From Gammaproteobacteria bacterium (lineage in GTDB: Bacteria; Pseudomonadota; Gammaproteobacteria; JBCCGL01): a DNA stretch of 64,000 bases. Location of the stretch: contig OZ255836.1 of NCBI GenBank assembly GCA_965277715.1, positions 3,392,001 to 3,456,000 on the forward strand, written 5' to 3'. The position numbers were made by a program, and so were the translations under genes. The notes under the pieces were generated by a model. It had not been told where the DNA came from. It saw only the letters and a program-made list of their open reading frames with translations, and made no database searches. Positions within the stretch are counted from its first letter, which is position 1, and the number at the start of each line of letters is the position of its first letter. This document shows, piece by piece, positions 1 through 9,329 of the stretch.

Positions 1-433
1 GGTTGGCAATATCCATTCCCGCACGCGCCAGCGCTTTGGAGACCGGGCCGGGTGGGTTGCGAAACCGGTATTTTTTTTCTACCAGCAGTTCATCGCTGGT
101 CGTCAGCGAGGTTTCTATATTGCCGATAAAAACATCGGCGTCAATCAATAGCTTGCGCACATTGGCAAACGCATAGTCGTAGTTATCTCGGTGGTAAAAC
201 TCGGTGCCGGTGCCACCGAGCATCATATCGCCGGTGGCGGTGATGGTCAGCGTTTTTGGCGCTGCATTGATTGTTGCGGGCTTATCGACGGCTACCGCCC
301 GGGTTGTTATCGCAGGCTCAGAGGGGAGGTCGCCTGCCTCAATGGGTGTCTGTGTTTCAACCACTGGGGTAGGCGAACAGGCGCTCAATAATAAGGCAAA
401 ACCTGCGCATACCAGAACAGGTGATTGTTGCAT
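1..433 (-). CDS. CapA/PgsA-family metallophosphatase-like lipoprotein, partial (runs off the window start)
   Basis: Manual translation from ATG at 433: MQQSPVLVCAGFALLLSAC (lipobox) ... TATGDMMLG ... FIGNIETSLT ... ALARAGMDIAN, matching the CapA motifs GDxML and NLE. Confidence 0.7.
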   Translation of the reverse strand, partial: MQQSPVLVCAGFALLLSACSPTPVVETQTPIEAGDLPSEPAITTRAVAVDKPATINAAPKTLTITATGDMMLGGTGTEFYHRDNYDYAFANVRKLLIDADVFIGNIETSLTTSDELLVEKKYRFRNPPGPVSKALARAGMDIAN

Positions 434-609
434 GTGTGTCGCCTGGTCGATAGGGGGAGGGAGTTTAACCTAACAACCAGTGAAATTAGACTTTTTTGCT
501 ATAATTCAACTGACTGTCAGGTTGAATTCGCAGCACTTTTAACGACAGCCTCACGCGACCGTCGTTTGGCTAACACCGGGTTTTTATTCCATTTAGACGC
601 CCTCGCTAC

Positions 610-632
610 GATTCAACTGCGGAATTTAGGTT
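610..632. repeat. REP/MITE-like repeat arm GATTCAACTGCGGAATTTAGGTT
   Basis: Identical 23-mer recurs in the loop and right arm of the hairpin at 47887-47933. A degenerate inverted pair of similar sequence lies at ~467-522. Confidence 0.6.
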
Positions 633-951
633 GAACCAGGTTTTTATCAACCTGGTTCAAAATGCTATTCATGCTGTAGAGCATCGGGAACAGGGAGAGG
701 TCTGTATTACTACTGAGTTGATAGGCGATGAGGTGAGTATTTGCATCCGGGATAACGGGTGTGGCATTGCCGAGGATAAGCTAAGCGATATTTTTAACCT
801 CTTTTTTACCACCAAAACAGTGGGGAAGGGGGCAGGTCTGGGGCTATCGTTGAGCCACGGCATTGTCGAAAAACACAGAGATCGTATTCAGGTGGATACC
901 TGTGTGGGGGAGTTTACCGCTGCTGAAAGCTGCTGCCTAATCAGAAGTTAG
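631..951 (+). pseudogene. Histidine kinase HATPase_c fragment
   Basis: N box (NQVFINLVQNA), G1 (DNGCGI), F (FFTTK) and G2 (GAGLGL) boxes present, but no H-box or sensor. Begins right at the repeat. Confidence 0.75.
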
Positions 952-1522
952 GTAACGCGTTACGTGCTTGTGTACGAAATGATTTTGACATCTTTGCATC
1001 CGGTATTGAGTTGGCAATCTGGTCGATTGTTTCGCTGATAGTCAGTTGCTGGCTGAGTATATCCTGCACCACGATATCGGCGACCATACCGATATACTCC
1101 CGCGCTATATTGCTAAGGACCCGCAACAAATCCGGGTCTATTCCATCAGGCGTTTGTGCCGGTATGGGTTTCGGTGCCAGTTTCGGTGACGCATCCGGCG
1201 CTACGGGTGTTTCACTCCACGCATTGATCGATTGGCCAATGGCCTGGAGAAATGTGCCGATGGGGATAATTTCCGGCAGATCTTCGGCGGGTGCCGCAGC
1301 ATAGTTAAATTTGAGCGTGGTGGATTCAAGTAATACCTGAATTGCATCCATTATATCTTTACTTCTGCAGCGTGACTGAATCAACCGGCCACCCGAGAAA
1401 CGCAGTAAAACCGAGCGCTGAGTATTGGTCAAGATGGTCAGAAAACCGTCTTCACGCTGTTGTGCGATACGTTTGATGCGTTCAATTAATTGTTGCTTGG
1501 GTACGAATTCACCGGCAGCCAT
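941..1522 (-). CDS. Hypothetical protein: N-terminal DUF4388/PATAN-like domain, Pro-rich linker, C-terminal helical domain
   Basis: 193-aa ORF with a 'DGFLTI...VLLRFSGGRL' pattern, PAPKPIPA linker and 'EYIGMVADIVV...IANSIPD' tail. Confidence 0.5.
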   Translation of the reverse strand: MAAGEFVPKQQLIERIKRIAQQREDGFLTILTNTQRSVLLRFSGGRLIQSRCRSKDIMDAIQVLLESTTLKFNYAAAPAEDLPEIIPIGTFLQAIGQSINAWSETPVAPDASPKLAPKPIPAQTPDGIDPDLLRVLSNIAREYIGMVADIVVQDILSQQLTISETIDQIANSIPDAKMSKSFRTQARNALPNF

Positions 1523-1834
1523 GATGCTATAACTCTTTGAATTGACAGGCTAAATTTTGACGGCCTATCAAGTGAAGGCGTTTTTTCACCGCCATTTGTA
1601 ATTAAGTTTGCCAAATTGCCAGCAGGCGGTACAAGCGCCGCCTGGGTAGGTAGCGCAGTGTTGTGCTGTCTCAATAGGGCGTATACAGATACTACATAGT
1701 AGGATGCAAGAAGCATAGAGGTGCTTGCTAAAACAGGCACAAATTAGTCATCCAGGCCTTGTACAATGGCATAAACACTCCCTACTGTAGTACAGTAGTA
1801 CATTATCCGGGAATATGCCACCGGGACATTAAAA

Positions 1835-2917
1835 TTGGGGGTGTGTGTGTTATTTATTCGTTTTTTTATTGCGTTATTGTTAGTCAGCCTGGTGCCCGTA
1901 TCAGTGAACATTTATCAGCTTTGGCAATCCCAGTTTACCACCAAGGAAAAAGTGGATAGGGCGCTGATCTCGGCGGCGGAGCTTATTGTCGCTGATGTTA
2001 ATAACTGGGTGGAACTCAATCTAAGGTCTTCAACGCTTATTGCTAAGACCAAAGAAATACAGTCGATGGATCCTGCGCTGCAGGTGCCCATTCTCAAGGC
2101 CACAGATGATACGTTTGAATGGTCGTACACCGCATTTACAACTGACCTGGATGGTAATGCGGTTGCCAGAAGCGACGGTAAACCATTGAAGTTTTACGGT
2201 GACAGGGAATATGTCCGCGCTATTTTAGGCGGCGGCAAGGTAGGGCAGCAGGTATTGATCAGCCGTGTCAACGGCAAACCGGCCCTGTGCTTATCGGTGC
2301 CAATAACCCGACGGTCTCAGCTTGTGGGTACGCTGGTTCAATGTTCAAAACTGGTGAATATTGCAGAGAATGTGGCGGCGGTGCGTATTGGTAAAACCGG
2401 GCTGGCTCGCTTGACAGACAGCAAAAATCGCTTGATTGCACACGGTGACGCCAGCCAGCTTACAGAGAACCTGAAGGACCTGACCACTGACCCTATCACG
2501 GTGCTAGGTGTCGGCCCGGTTCCGGTTTTTTCAACAGTGGATGGCAGGCAGGTGGTGAGTTACAGCATTGTCACTACATTGGGTTGGCGACTGACCGTGA
2601 CGCAAGACTATGATGACGCCTATGCGGCGCTGGCGGCCTTAAAGCGGGATGCGTTGATTGCGGGCGGGGTTTTGATTTTAGGTATTTTTCTGTTGGCGTA
2701 TCTGTTGGGCAATAATATTAGTAAGCCCATTAGAAAATTGTCTTCTGTTGCAGAGGCCTACAGTAAAGGTAAGCTGGATCTCGATATTCCCGGCACCCGG
2801 CGGCGTGATGAAATTGGGGATTTGGCCCGGTCAATTGAGCGTTTGGGGCTGGGTTTGAAGGTTATTGTCAGGCGTTATAATGATGTTGCCAAGAAGGCTA
2901 AGAGTCAGGCGCGGTAG
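1835..2917 (+). CDS. Membrane sensor with Cache and HAMP domains and no cytoplasmic output domain
   Basis: Two TM segments, Cache motif (YGDREYVR), HAMP (PIRKL...DEIGDLARSIERL); ends ~20 aa after the HAMP. Confidence 0.75.
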   Translation: MGVCVLFIRFFIALLLVSLVPVSVNIYQLWQSQFTTKEKVDRALISAAELIVADVNNWVELNLRSSTLIAKTKEIQSMDPALQVPILKATDDTFEWSYTAFTTDLDGNAVARSDGKPLKFYGDREYVRAILGGGKVGQQVLISRVNGKPALCLSVPITRRSQLVGTLVQCSKLVNIAENVAAVRIGKTGLARLTDSKNRLIAHGDASQLTENLKDLTTDPITVLGVGPVPVFSTVDGRQVVSYSIVTTLGWRLTVTQDYDDAYAALAALKRDALIAGGVLILGIFLLAYLLGNNISKPIRKLSSVAEAYSKGKLDLDIPGTRRRDEIGDLARSIERLGLGLKVIVRRYNDVAKKAKSQAR

Positions 2918-3134
2918 CATAGCAGAGGTGGTTGGAGGTGCGATTTATCGCATCTCTACATTCGTGATGTTTAAACCCAGTGCGCTTTAGATGAATGTTT
3001 TTATCAGCATTTTCTATGCGCACTGCAAGTGACACTTAACCAGGCTCAAATATCACCTTGACTAGGAGCCTGGGCTTCTTTAGGTCTGCAAATAAGTGTG
3101 GTATAGGCGTTCAGAGTACCTTGCTAATCAATAT

Positions 3135-3198
3135 AGTCGTCGGCAACTGCTCCTGCGTTGCTCTATCTCCAATGTATCCATACAGTCGTCGGCAACTG
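3135..3198 (+). repeat. ~47-49 bp dispersed tandem repeat (AGTCGTCGGCAACTGCTCCTGCGTTGCTCTA...TGTATCCATAC), ~1.3 units
   Basis: Near-identical reverse-complement copies at 59300-59384. Confidence 0.85.
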
Positions 3199-3285
3199 TT
3201 TCTGTGGAAAACAGGCCGACGCTAATTACTGATAGCTGATGCATGAGATTGTGCCCCGGATGTATTGTCTGCTCTATTGTCCTTT

Positions 3286-5646
3286 TCAGGATCGTACCCG
3301 GGTTTTTTCAGGGTCATAAAACGGGAACGCAATAACCTTTGCCGGTAAACGCTTCTGGTGGCCATCGAGTTTGCCCACCTCTACCTCGGTGCCAATCGCT
3401 GCGTATTCAACGGCCATGCGGCACAGGGCAATGTTCTTTTTCAAAACAGGCGAGCGCACACCACTGGTTACTATGCCCACTTGATTGCGCCCGACATGCA
3501 CACAGTCACCGTGGGCAGCCAGTTCTTCACCGTTTAGCTGTAAGCCCACCAATACCCGCTGTGGGTGGGCTTTGCGCTTTAACAGTGCCTCGCGACCAAT
3601 AAAATCCTCTTCTTTGGTTTTCAACGGCACAGTAAAGGGAATGCCTGCCTCAAACGGATCGGTCTGGTCATCGAACTCGTAACCGGCAAAGATTAACCCG
3701 GCTTCGATGCGCAGCATGTCGAGCGCTTCCAGGCCCAGCGGGGTCAGTCCGTACGGCTGACCTGCCCGCCAGATAGTGTCCCATACGGCGGGGGCATCTT
3801 TGGGGTGGCAGAATACTTCATAGCCCAGTTCACCCGTGTAACCCGTGCGTGAAACGATCAGTGGAATGCCGTGTTCGTCACCGATGCGGGCAATCGAAAA
3901 ACGAAACCACTGTAGCTCTTCTACCGTTGCCTGATCGGGGCGTGTCCAGATAATGTCTTTTAAGATGGCACGGCTGTTCGGCCCCTGGATTTGTAGATTG
4001 TGCAGTTGGTCAGTCGAGTTGCGTACCCATACCTGTAGGCCCAGCGCTTTGGCCTGTTCGCGTAGCCAGATACCGCTCTCGTCGCAGCCGCCGATCCAGC
4101 GAAAGTTATCCTGCCCCAAACGAAACACAGTGCCGTCATCGATCATGCCGCCCGTGTCATAGCACATGGCGGTGTACACCACCTGGCCAACGGCCAGTCG
4201 GCGGATATTGCGCGTTACGCAGGTCTGCATCAGCGTTTCTGCATCGGGGCCGAGCACTTCGTATTTACGCAACGGGGATAAATCAATTGCCACGGCCTTT
4301 TCGCGGCAGGCCCAGTATTCATCGATGGCACCGTGCTGGGTGTAGCTGTTGGCCAGCCAATAGCCCGCGTATTCGGTAAAATTGCGGGTGTGCCCGGCGG
4401 TGCGTGCGTGGAATCCCGTTTGTTTGGTCATTTGTGTGTCTGCATCAGTGGTCATTCTGTAGGCTACCGCTCTTTTAAAGGTTTCTTTTGCTGGGTAAAT
4501 GCGCAAGTGAATATCGGTTGGGTTCCAGCCGTTGGCCGGGTCTATATCACACGCGCAGGCCGAGGAGACGCATACCATGTCCTTCAGTGCGCGGAATAAA
4601 ACATAGTCGCCTGGCCGTGACCACGGTTGATCAAAAAGCAGTTGGTTGCTGGCGTCGATGGCGGTGTTAAAAAATAGATTAATCGCCATCCACCCCGGCC
4701 GGGCAGCGACACCAAAGGGCGCCAGTGCGGCGTTAAAATTATCCGAACAGTTGGCGTGCCCAGGGTAGCCGAGGTTGTCGTAATACTTGGATGTACAGGC
4801 GGGGCCGTAGCTGTCGTGACGACCGCAGGTATCCTGAATCACCTCGACCACTGGCTCGAAGTCCTGGTCGTAAAACTTGGCGTGCAGGCCGGGTGTTGGG
4901 TAGGCGGCGCCGACCATGTGGCGGGTGCTGGTGGCATCCAGGCTGCGCTCGATGCCGCATTCGAGTTTACGGGTATCAAAGCATTGAAAGTCAGAACATT
5001 CGCGGCCCTGCACGTCGATTATCTGGATGTATTCCCCCGCTTTGACTTCGTAGGCAAAGGCGGTGCTTGCCGCGATGCGTACATCGACGCGTGGATCTGC
5101 TAGTGGCTCTGGCAGCACAATCAATTCACCGGCTTTATCGGGGTTGGCGCGGTGTATAAATAAGGTCAAATCACTTGGGGTGTTTTGTGCGTCAACCTGC
5201 ATAGGGCCGCCTGGCGCGGCGACAATGCAGGTGCCATCGTATTCTGCGGTAAATGATTCGCTGGCACCGGCGACGGCCTGTTCATCAAAAAAGCGCAGGC
5301 CCTTTGCTGAGGTGACATCGATACCGTACCGCTGTAGTTTGGCGTTGACGCCGAGCGTATCGCTATCACTTGCAGACAGTGCCTGAACAATACCCTGGCT
5401 GATACTCTGGGTGCGGCCAATGGTGGGGTTACCCAGCATACCGGGGTGGTTAACACCCTCTGCCGAGAATGTGGCGATCTCACAAGGTTGCAAGCCCTCT
5501 GGGTTGACGACGGTTATTTGGTCGTCTGCCTGCAATGACACAATGGTCACGCCACCAGCGCGCACCACATAGCGCTCCACGCCGGGCGGCAGGCTGCCAA
5601 GCCCCGGCTCAAGGACGCGGTTTGTTGTAATTTGGGAAGCGATCAT
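3286..5646 (-). CDS. tdm: DUF1989 + GcvT aminomethyltransferase fusion, probable TMAO demethylase
   Basis: 786 aa. Cys-rich DUF1989 region (DTCGRHD...AC...NCSDNF...SSAC), GcvT motifs (SRTGYTGELGYE, LRIEAG), and adjacent to gmaS-mgs. Confidence 0.75.
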   Translation of the reverse strand: MIASQITTNRVLEPGLGSLPPGVERYVVRAGGVTIVSLQADDQITVVNPEGLQPCEIATFSAEGVNHPGMLGNPTIGRTQSISQGIVQALSASDSDTLGVNAKLQRYGIDVTSAKGLRFFDEQAVAGASESFTAEYDGTCIVAAPGGPMQVDAQNTPSDLTLFIHRANPDKAGELIVLPEPLADPRVDVRIAASTAFAYEVKAGEYIQIIDVQGRECSDFQCFDTRKLECGIERSLDATSTRHMVGAAYPTPGLHAKFYDQDFEPVVEVIQDTCGRHDSYGPACTSKYYDNLGYPGHANCSDNFNAALAPFGVAARPGWMAINLFFNTAIDASNQLLFDQPWSRPGDYVLFRALKDMVCVSSACACDIDPANGWNPTDIHLRIYPAKETFKRAVAYRMTTDADTQMTKQTGFHARTAGHTRNFTEYAGYWLANSYTQHGAIDEYWACREKAVAIDLSPLRKYEVLGPDAETLMQTCVTRNIRRLAVGQVVYTAMCYDTGGMIDDGTVFRLGQDNFRWIGGCDESGIWLREQAKALGLQVWVRNSTDQLHNLQIQGPNSRAILKDIIWTRPDQATVEELQWFRFSIARIGDEHGIPLIVSRTGYTGELGYEVFCHPKDAPAVWDTIWRAGQPYGLTPLGLEALDMLRIEAGLIFAGYEFDDQTDPFEAGIPFTVPLKTKEEDFIGREALLKRKAHPQRVLVGLQLNGEELAAHGDCVHVGRNQVGIVTSGVRSPVLKKNIALCRMAVEYAAIGTEVEVGKLDGHQKRLPAKVIAFPFYDPEKTRVRS

Positions 5647-5727
5647 TGGATTGTTTAAGCCCTGGACAGATAGATGGAGGTGACTGGTTTGGGTTTCACG
5701 CAGGCATTGGCGGCTATACCTCTTCGC

Positions 5728-6453
5728 TTATTGTGCCTCAGCACCAAGCAAATGTGCCCGTGCCTTTTCCAGGTGGGCGTTGATCGAGGCCAGCGCCGCT
5801 TCCATATCGCGTGATTTGATTGCCTCAAACAGATCCCGGTGTTGCCTATTGTAACGTTCAATGCGCGGGTGGTTGAGCACTTTGTCCTTGACCGTTGACC
5901 ACTGGCTGTGATTGCGAATGTCGTTGAGCTGTTGATACAACCATTTCATTAAGGGGTTTTGTGTGCAATCGGCCAGCGCCAGGTGGAAGGCGCTATCGGC
6001 CTCGCCAAATGACTGTGGGTCGTCGCTGGTGTCTTCTACGCGCCGCAGTGCGGCTTCTAGCCTGTCCAGATCATGGGCATTGGCATTGCTGACCGCCAGG
6101 CGCACAATTTGTGACTCTATCCCCAGGCGTACATCGATCAGCTCTACCGGGCTGGTCGCCCGGGCGATATTGCTCTCGACACTATCACCCTGAAAACTGA
6201 CAAAAGTACCACTGCCAACCTTGCGGTTTACCAAACCGAGGGCTTCCAGGTGCTTAAGTGCCTCGCGCACGGTACCGCGGGATGTGTTGTATTGCCCAGC
6301 GAGGTTGCGCTCCGCCGGCAATCGCTCGTGCAAACGATAGACGCCGCTGTGAATAGCGTTGTGCAGTTCACTGATGAGACGTGCTGCGCTACCAGAGCCG
6401 ACAGGCTGGTAGCTGCGTCTGGTGTCTTGTAGTACTGCACCGGCAAGGGCCAT
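5728..6453 (-). CDS. GntR/FadR-family transcriptional regulator
   Basis: wHTH (LPAERNLA...SRGTVREAL...GSGTFV) plus FCD domain (DSAFHLALA). Confidence 0.9.
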   Translation of the reverse strand: MALAGAVLQDTRRSYQPVGSGSAARLISELHNAIHSGVYRLHERLPAERNLAGQYNTSRGTVREALKHLEALGLVNRKVGSGTFVSFQGDSVESNIARATSPVELIDVRLGIESQIVRLAVSNANAHDLDRLEAALRRVEDTSDDPQSFGEADSAFHLALADCTQNPLMKWLYQQLNDIRNHSQWSTVKDKVLNHPRIERYNRQHRDLFEAIKSRDMEAALASINAHLEKARAHLLGAEAQ

Positions 6454-6468
6454 AACATTATTTCAATT

Positions 6469-6665
6469 TGGTATAAATTGGTTTTAAATATACACTGCAA
6501 CTTTTTTCCTGTCCAATTTTTTTACGCGTACATTTTTTGCAAATTTAGATAACTAACTGATTGTTATATTAAATAATTAAAAATTTAATTGATATCTGCT
6601 ATTGATAGTGTAAGGGTTGTGGCCAATTTTATTGGTCTATATGGTTTTTTTTGGTTTACTGTGGT
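6469..6665. promoter_or_regulatory. Divergent control region with phased TGGT repeats (putative GntR operators)
   Basis: TGGT at 6469 and 6479, and at 6633, 6642, 6652 and 6662, within an AT-rich intergenic region. Confidence 0.45.
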
Positions 6666-6742
6666 ACAAAGCATGGGTATGGAGGCAGTGCGCTGTCGCC
6701 ACCCTATTCAAAAGCAAGAATTATACTCCTGGAGGTTTATAT

Positions 6743-8212
6743 ATGACTGATTTACAAGCTCACGTCGAGGCGCCTGGTCGTGCCGACCTGGTTAAACAGG
6801 TCGCTGAAAAGATAAAAGAAACCGGTGTCGATTATATCTATTACCAGTTTGTCTCGGTCACTGGCCGTATCGTCGGTAAGGGTATCCCCGCCGCACACTG
6901 GGAGCGCCTGGCGGAGAAAGGGTTTCAGCTGGTTTACGGCTCAACCGCAAACCTGTTTATCGACCGCCACGGCGATTACATTGGCTATGGCCCTGAGGCG
7001 TCTGAACTGGTCGGTATCCCAGATCCGGAAACCTTTGTCCAGTTGCCCTGGGACAAACGCATTGGCCGTGTATTCTGTACCCTGTTTCGCAACCGTGAAG
7101 AGCGTGAAAACCCAGGTGGTGCGCTGACCTCCGACTGCCGGGGTAACCTGCGCCGTATTCACAACGATTTTCAGGCCAAGCATGGTCTCGATATGCGTTG
7201 TGGTACCGAACCGGAAATGATGTGGCTGAAACGTGGCGCCGATGGCAAACCCGACGGTGGTGTCACCAAGCCAAACTGCTACCACATCGATCAGTTTGAA
7301 GAGTTGCGCCCCACCTTTATGAAAGTGATCGAATATTCCCAGCAAATGGGCCTCGATATTATTCAAGGCGACCACGAAGACGCCCCCGGTCAGCTTGAGC
7401 TGAACACCCAGTTTGATGATGTGCTGCGCAACGCAGACAGACTCACCACCTACCGCCAGATTTGTGCACAAGTGGCGCGTGAAGACGGCCTGATTGCCTG
7501 CTTTATGTCCAAGCCATTTATGGGTGTCTCGGCCTCTGGCTGTCACCACAACATGTCTTTGTGGCGTGGCGGTGAGGATGTGGTGAATAGATTGGGCATG
7601 GATTCTCTGCCGGGTATGGACGGTGCATTCAGCTACCGGGTAGGGGGTGAAAACACCTTTATGCCTGATCCCGCCATCGACGCCCGTGCGCCAGGCCCCA
7701 TTGGTCTGCAATCGATTGGTGGCGTTATCAAACACCTGGGTGCACTCACCTCGATTGGTTCATCCACGGTTAACTCCTATCGCCGACTGTGGGACACCGG
7801 TTTCTGGGCGCCGATTTTTGCCGACTGGGGCTACCAGAACCGCACGTGTGCGCTGCGCGTTTCGGCACCGGGGCGTTTTGAGTACCGCTCGGTGGATTCA
7901 ATGGTCAACCCCTACCTGATGGGCGCTGCGCTATTGAAATCGTTTGACGATGGTATCGACAACAACCTCGACCCCGGTGAGGCGGAGGAGCGCAACATCT
8001 ACGCGGCGATGGATGCGGGCAAGCAGGTGAAAAAACTGCCGATGTCCCTGGGTGAGGCGCTTGAAGAGCTGCGTAACGATGAAGTGGTTAAATCCTCAAT
8101 GCCGGGTGAGATGTACAAAGTGTACGAACACTACAAACGGGATGAGTGGGAGAAATACAACGCCACCGTCACCGATTGGGATATGGAAATGTACATGGAT
8201 TGCCTGCCATAG
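6743..8212 (+). CDS. gmaS: Glutamine synthetase-like gamma-glutamylmethylamide synthetase
   Basis: GS motifs (GTEPEM, DHEDAPGQLE, FMSKP...SGCHHN, NRTCALR, FEYR). GGAGG RBS before ATG 6743. Directly upstream of mgsABC. Confidence 0.75.
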   Translation: MTDLQAHVEAPGRADLVKQVAEKIKETGVDYIYYQFVSVTGRIVGKGIPAAHWERLAEKGFQLVYGSTANLFIDRHGDYIGYGPEASELVGIPDPETFVQLPWDKRIGRVFCTLFRNREERENPGGALTSDCRGNLRRIHNDFQAKHGLDMRCGTEPEMMWLKRGADGKPDGGVTKPNCYHIDQFEELRPTFMKVIEYSQQMGLDIIQGDHEDAPGQLELNTQFDDVLRNADRLTTYRQICAQVAREDGLIACFMSKPFMGVSASGCHHNMSLWRGGEDVVNRLGMDSLPGMDGAFSYRVGGENTFMPDPAIDARAPGPIGLQSIGGVIKHLGALTSIGSSTVNSYRRLWDTGFWAPIFADWGYQNRTCALRVSAPGRFEYRSVDSMVNPYLMGAALLKSFDDGIDNNLDPGEAEERNIYAAMDAGKQVKKLPMSLGEALEELRNDEVVKSSMPGEMYKVYEHYKRDEWEKYNATVTDWDMEMYMDCLP

Positions 8213-8298
8213 GTGGTTCATAGGTAACAGAGCAGGAGCGCACCCACGTGTGCACTCTGGTCAGGGTAGACGCCAATAAAATTAAGTGTAAAAAACGT

Positions 8299-8321
8299 AG
8301 GGCAGGTAGAAAGCCTGCCCT
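8299..8321 (+). terminator. Intercistronic hairpin AGGGCAGG-N7-CCTGCCCT
   Basis: Perfect 8-bp stem without a clear U-tract; may stabilise the mRNA rather than terminate. Confidence 0.35.
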
Positions 8322-8384
8322 CGCTGGTGTGCCGGTGCGTTATACACCGGCTAACTCCATTTTCTTTGAGTAAGGGGAAATATT

Positions 8385-9329
8385 ATGTGTGGTATTGCTG
8401 GACTTATCTGGAAAGGTGGGAGCAGCAGCAACATCGGTGGTGAAATGACCCAAATGCTTCAGGCACTGAAGCACCGTGGGCCGGATTCGACCGGTTTTGC
8501 GCTCTATGGAAAACCCGACGCAGACGCAGACGTTCACGTTATGCGTTTTAAAGTCGCCGAGCAGGAAGACCTGCGCACCGGCTTTGATATTCATCAACAA
8601 ATCAAAGACCGCAAAGGTGTCGTCGATGCACGCCTGGCCGATATGGGCGCTGAGGTCACGCAACGTGAAGAAGCCACCGAATACGCCTATCGCTACCATT
8701 TTAAATTTGGTGGTGATTTGAAACGGCTGATCGATTTTATCGAAGACATTGACGGTGCGGAAATTCTGTCTGTTGGTAAAGGTCTGGAACTGGTCAAAGA
8801 CCTTGGCGACGCCGCTGTGGTGTCTGAACAGTATGGGCTGGGTAACTTCGAGGGCACGCACGCCATTGGGCACACCCGTATGGCCACCGAGTCGGATGTC
8901 GATATCCGCTCGGCGCATCCCTACTGGGCCTACCCATTTAACGACGTATCTGTTGTGCACAACGGCCAGTTGACCAACTACTGGAGCTTCCGCCGCGACC
9001 TCGAACGCCGGGGGCATCGCTTCATGTCTAATTGCGACTCTGAGCTGATCGCCGTGTATATCGCTGACCGCATGGACCGTGGTGAAGACCTCGAGGAATC
9101 GATGCGCCGCTCGGTGGAAGAGCTGGACGGTGTTTTCACCTATCTGGTCGCCACCAGTGACAAGCTCGGCATGGCCAAAGACGTTATGTCTGCCAAGCCG
9201 ATGGTGTTGTACGAAAGTGATGAATTTGTTGGCCTGGCTTCTGAAGAAGTGGCTATCCGTAGTATTTTCCCGCGTGAAATCGATACGTGGGACCCGTATC
9301 AAGGGGAGGTAAAAGTATGGGCAGCGTAA
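8385..9329 (+). CDS. mgsA: N-methylglutamate synthase subunit A (class II glutamine amidotransferase)
   Basis: MCGIAG N-terminus, HRGPDS, GHTRMAT, HNGQLTN, DSE. Confidence 0.85.
   Translation: MCGIAGLIWKGGSSSNIGGEMTQMLQALKHRGPDSTGFALYGKPDADADVHVMRFKVAEQEDLRTGFDIHQQIKDRKGVVDARLADMGAEVTQREEATEYAYRYHFKFGGDLKRLIDFIEDIDGAEILSVGKGLELVKDLGDAAVVSEQYGLGNFEGTHAIGHTRMATESDVDIRSAHPYWAYPFNDVSVVHNGQLTNYWSFRRDLERRGHRFMSNCDSELIAVYIADRMDRGEDLEESMRRSVEELDGVFTYLVATSDKLGMAKDVMSAKPMVLYESDEFVGLASEEVAIRSIFPREIDTWDPYQGEVKVWAA

Noticed and set aside
6941-9302. Long antisense ORFs (264 aa, 320 aa), and similar ones opposite rpoB, rpoC and rnfC
   Set aside because: Shadow ORFs caused by codon bias in well-supported genes.
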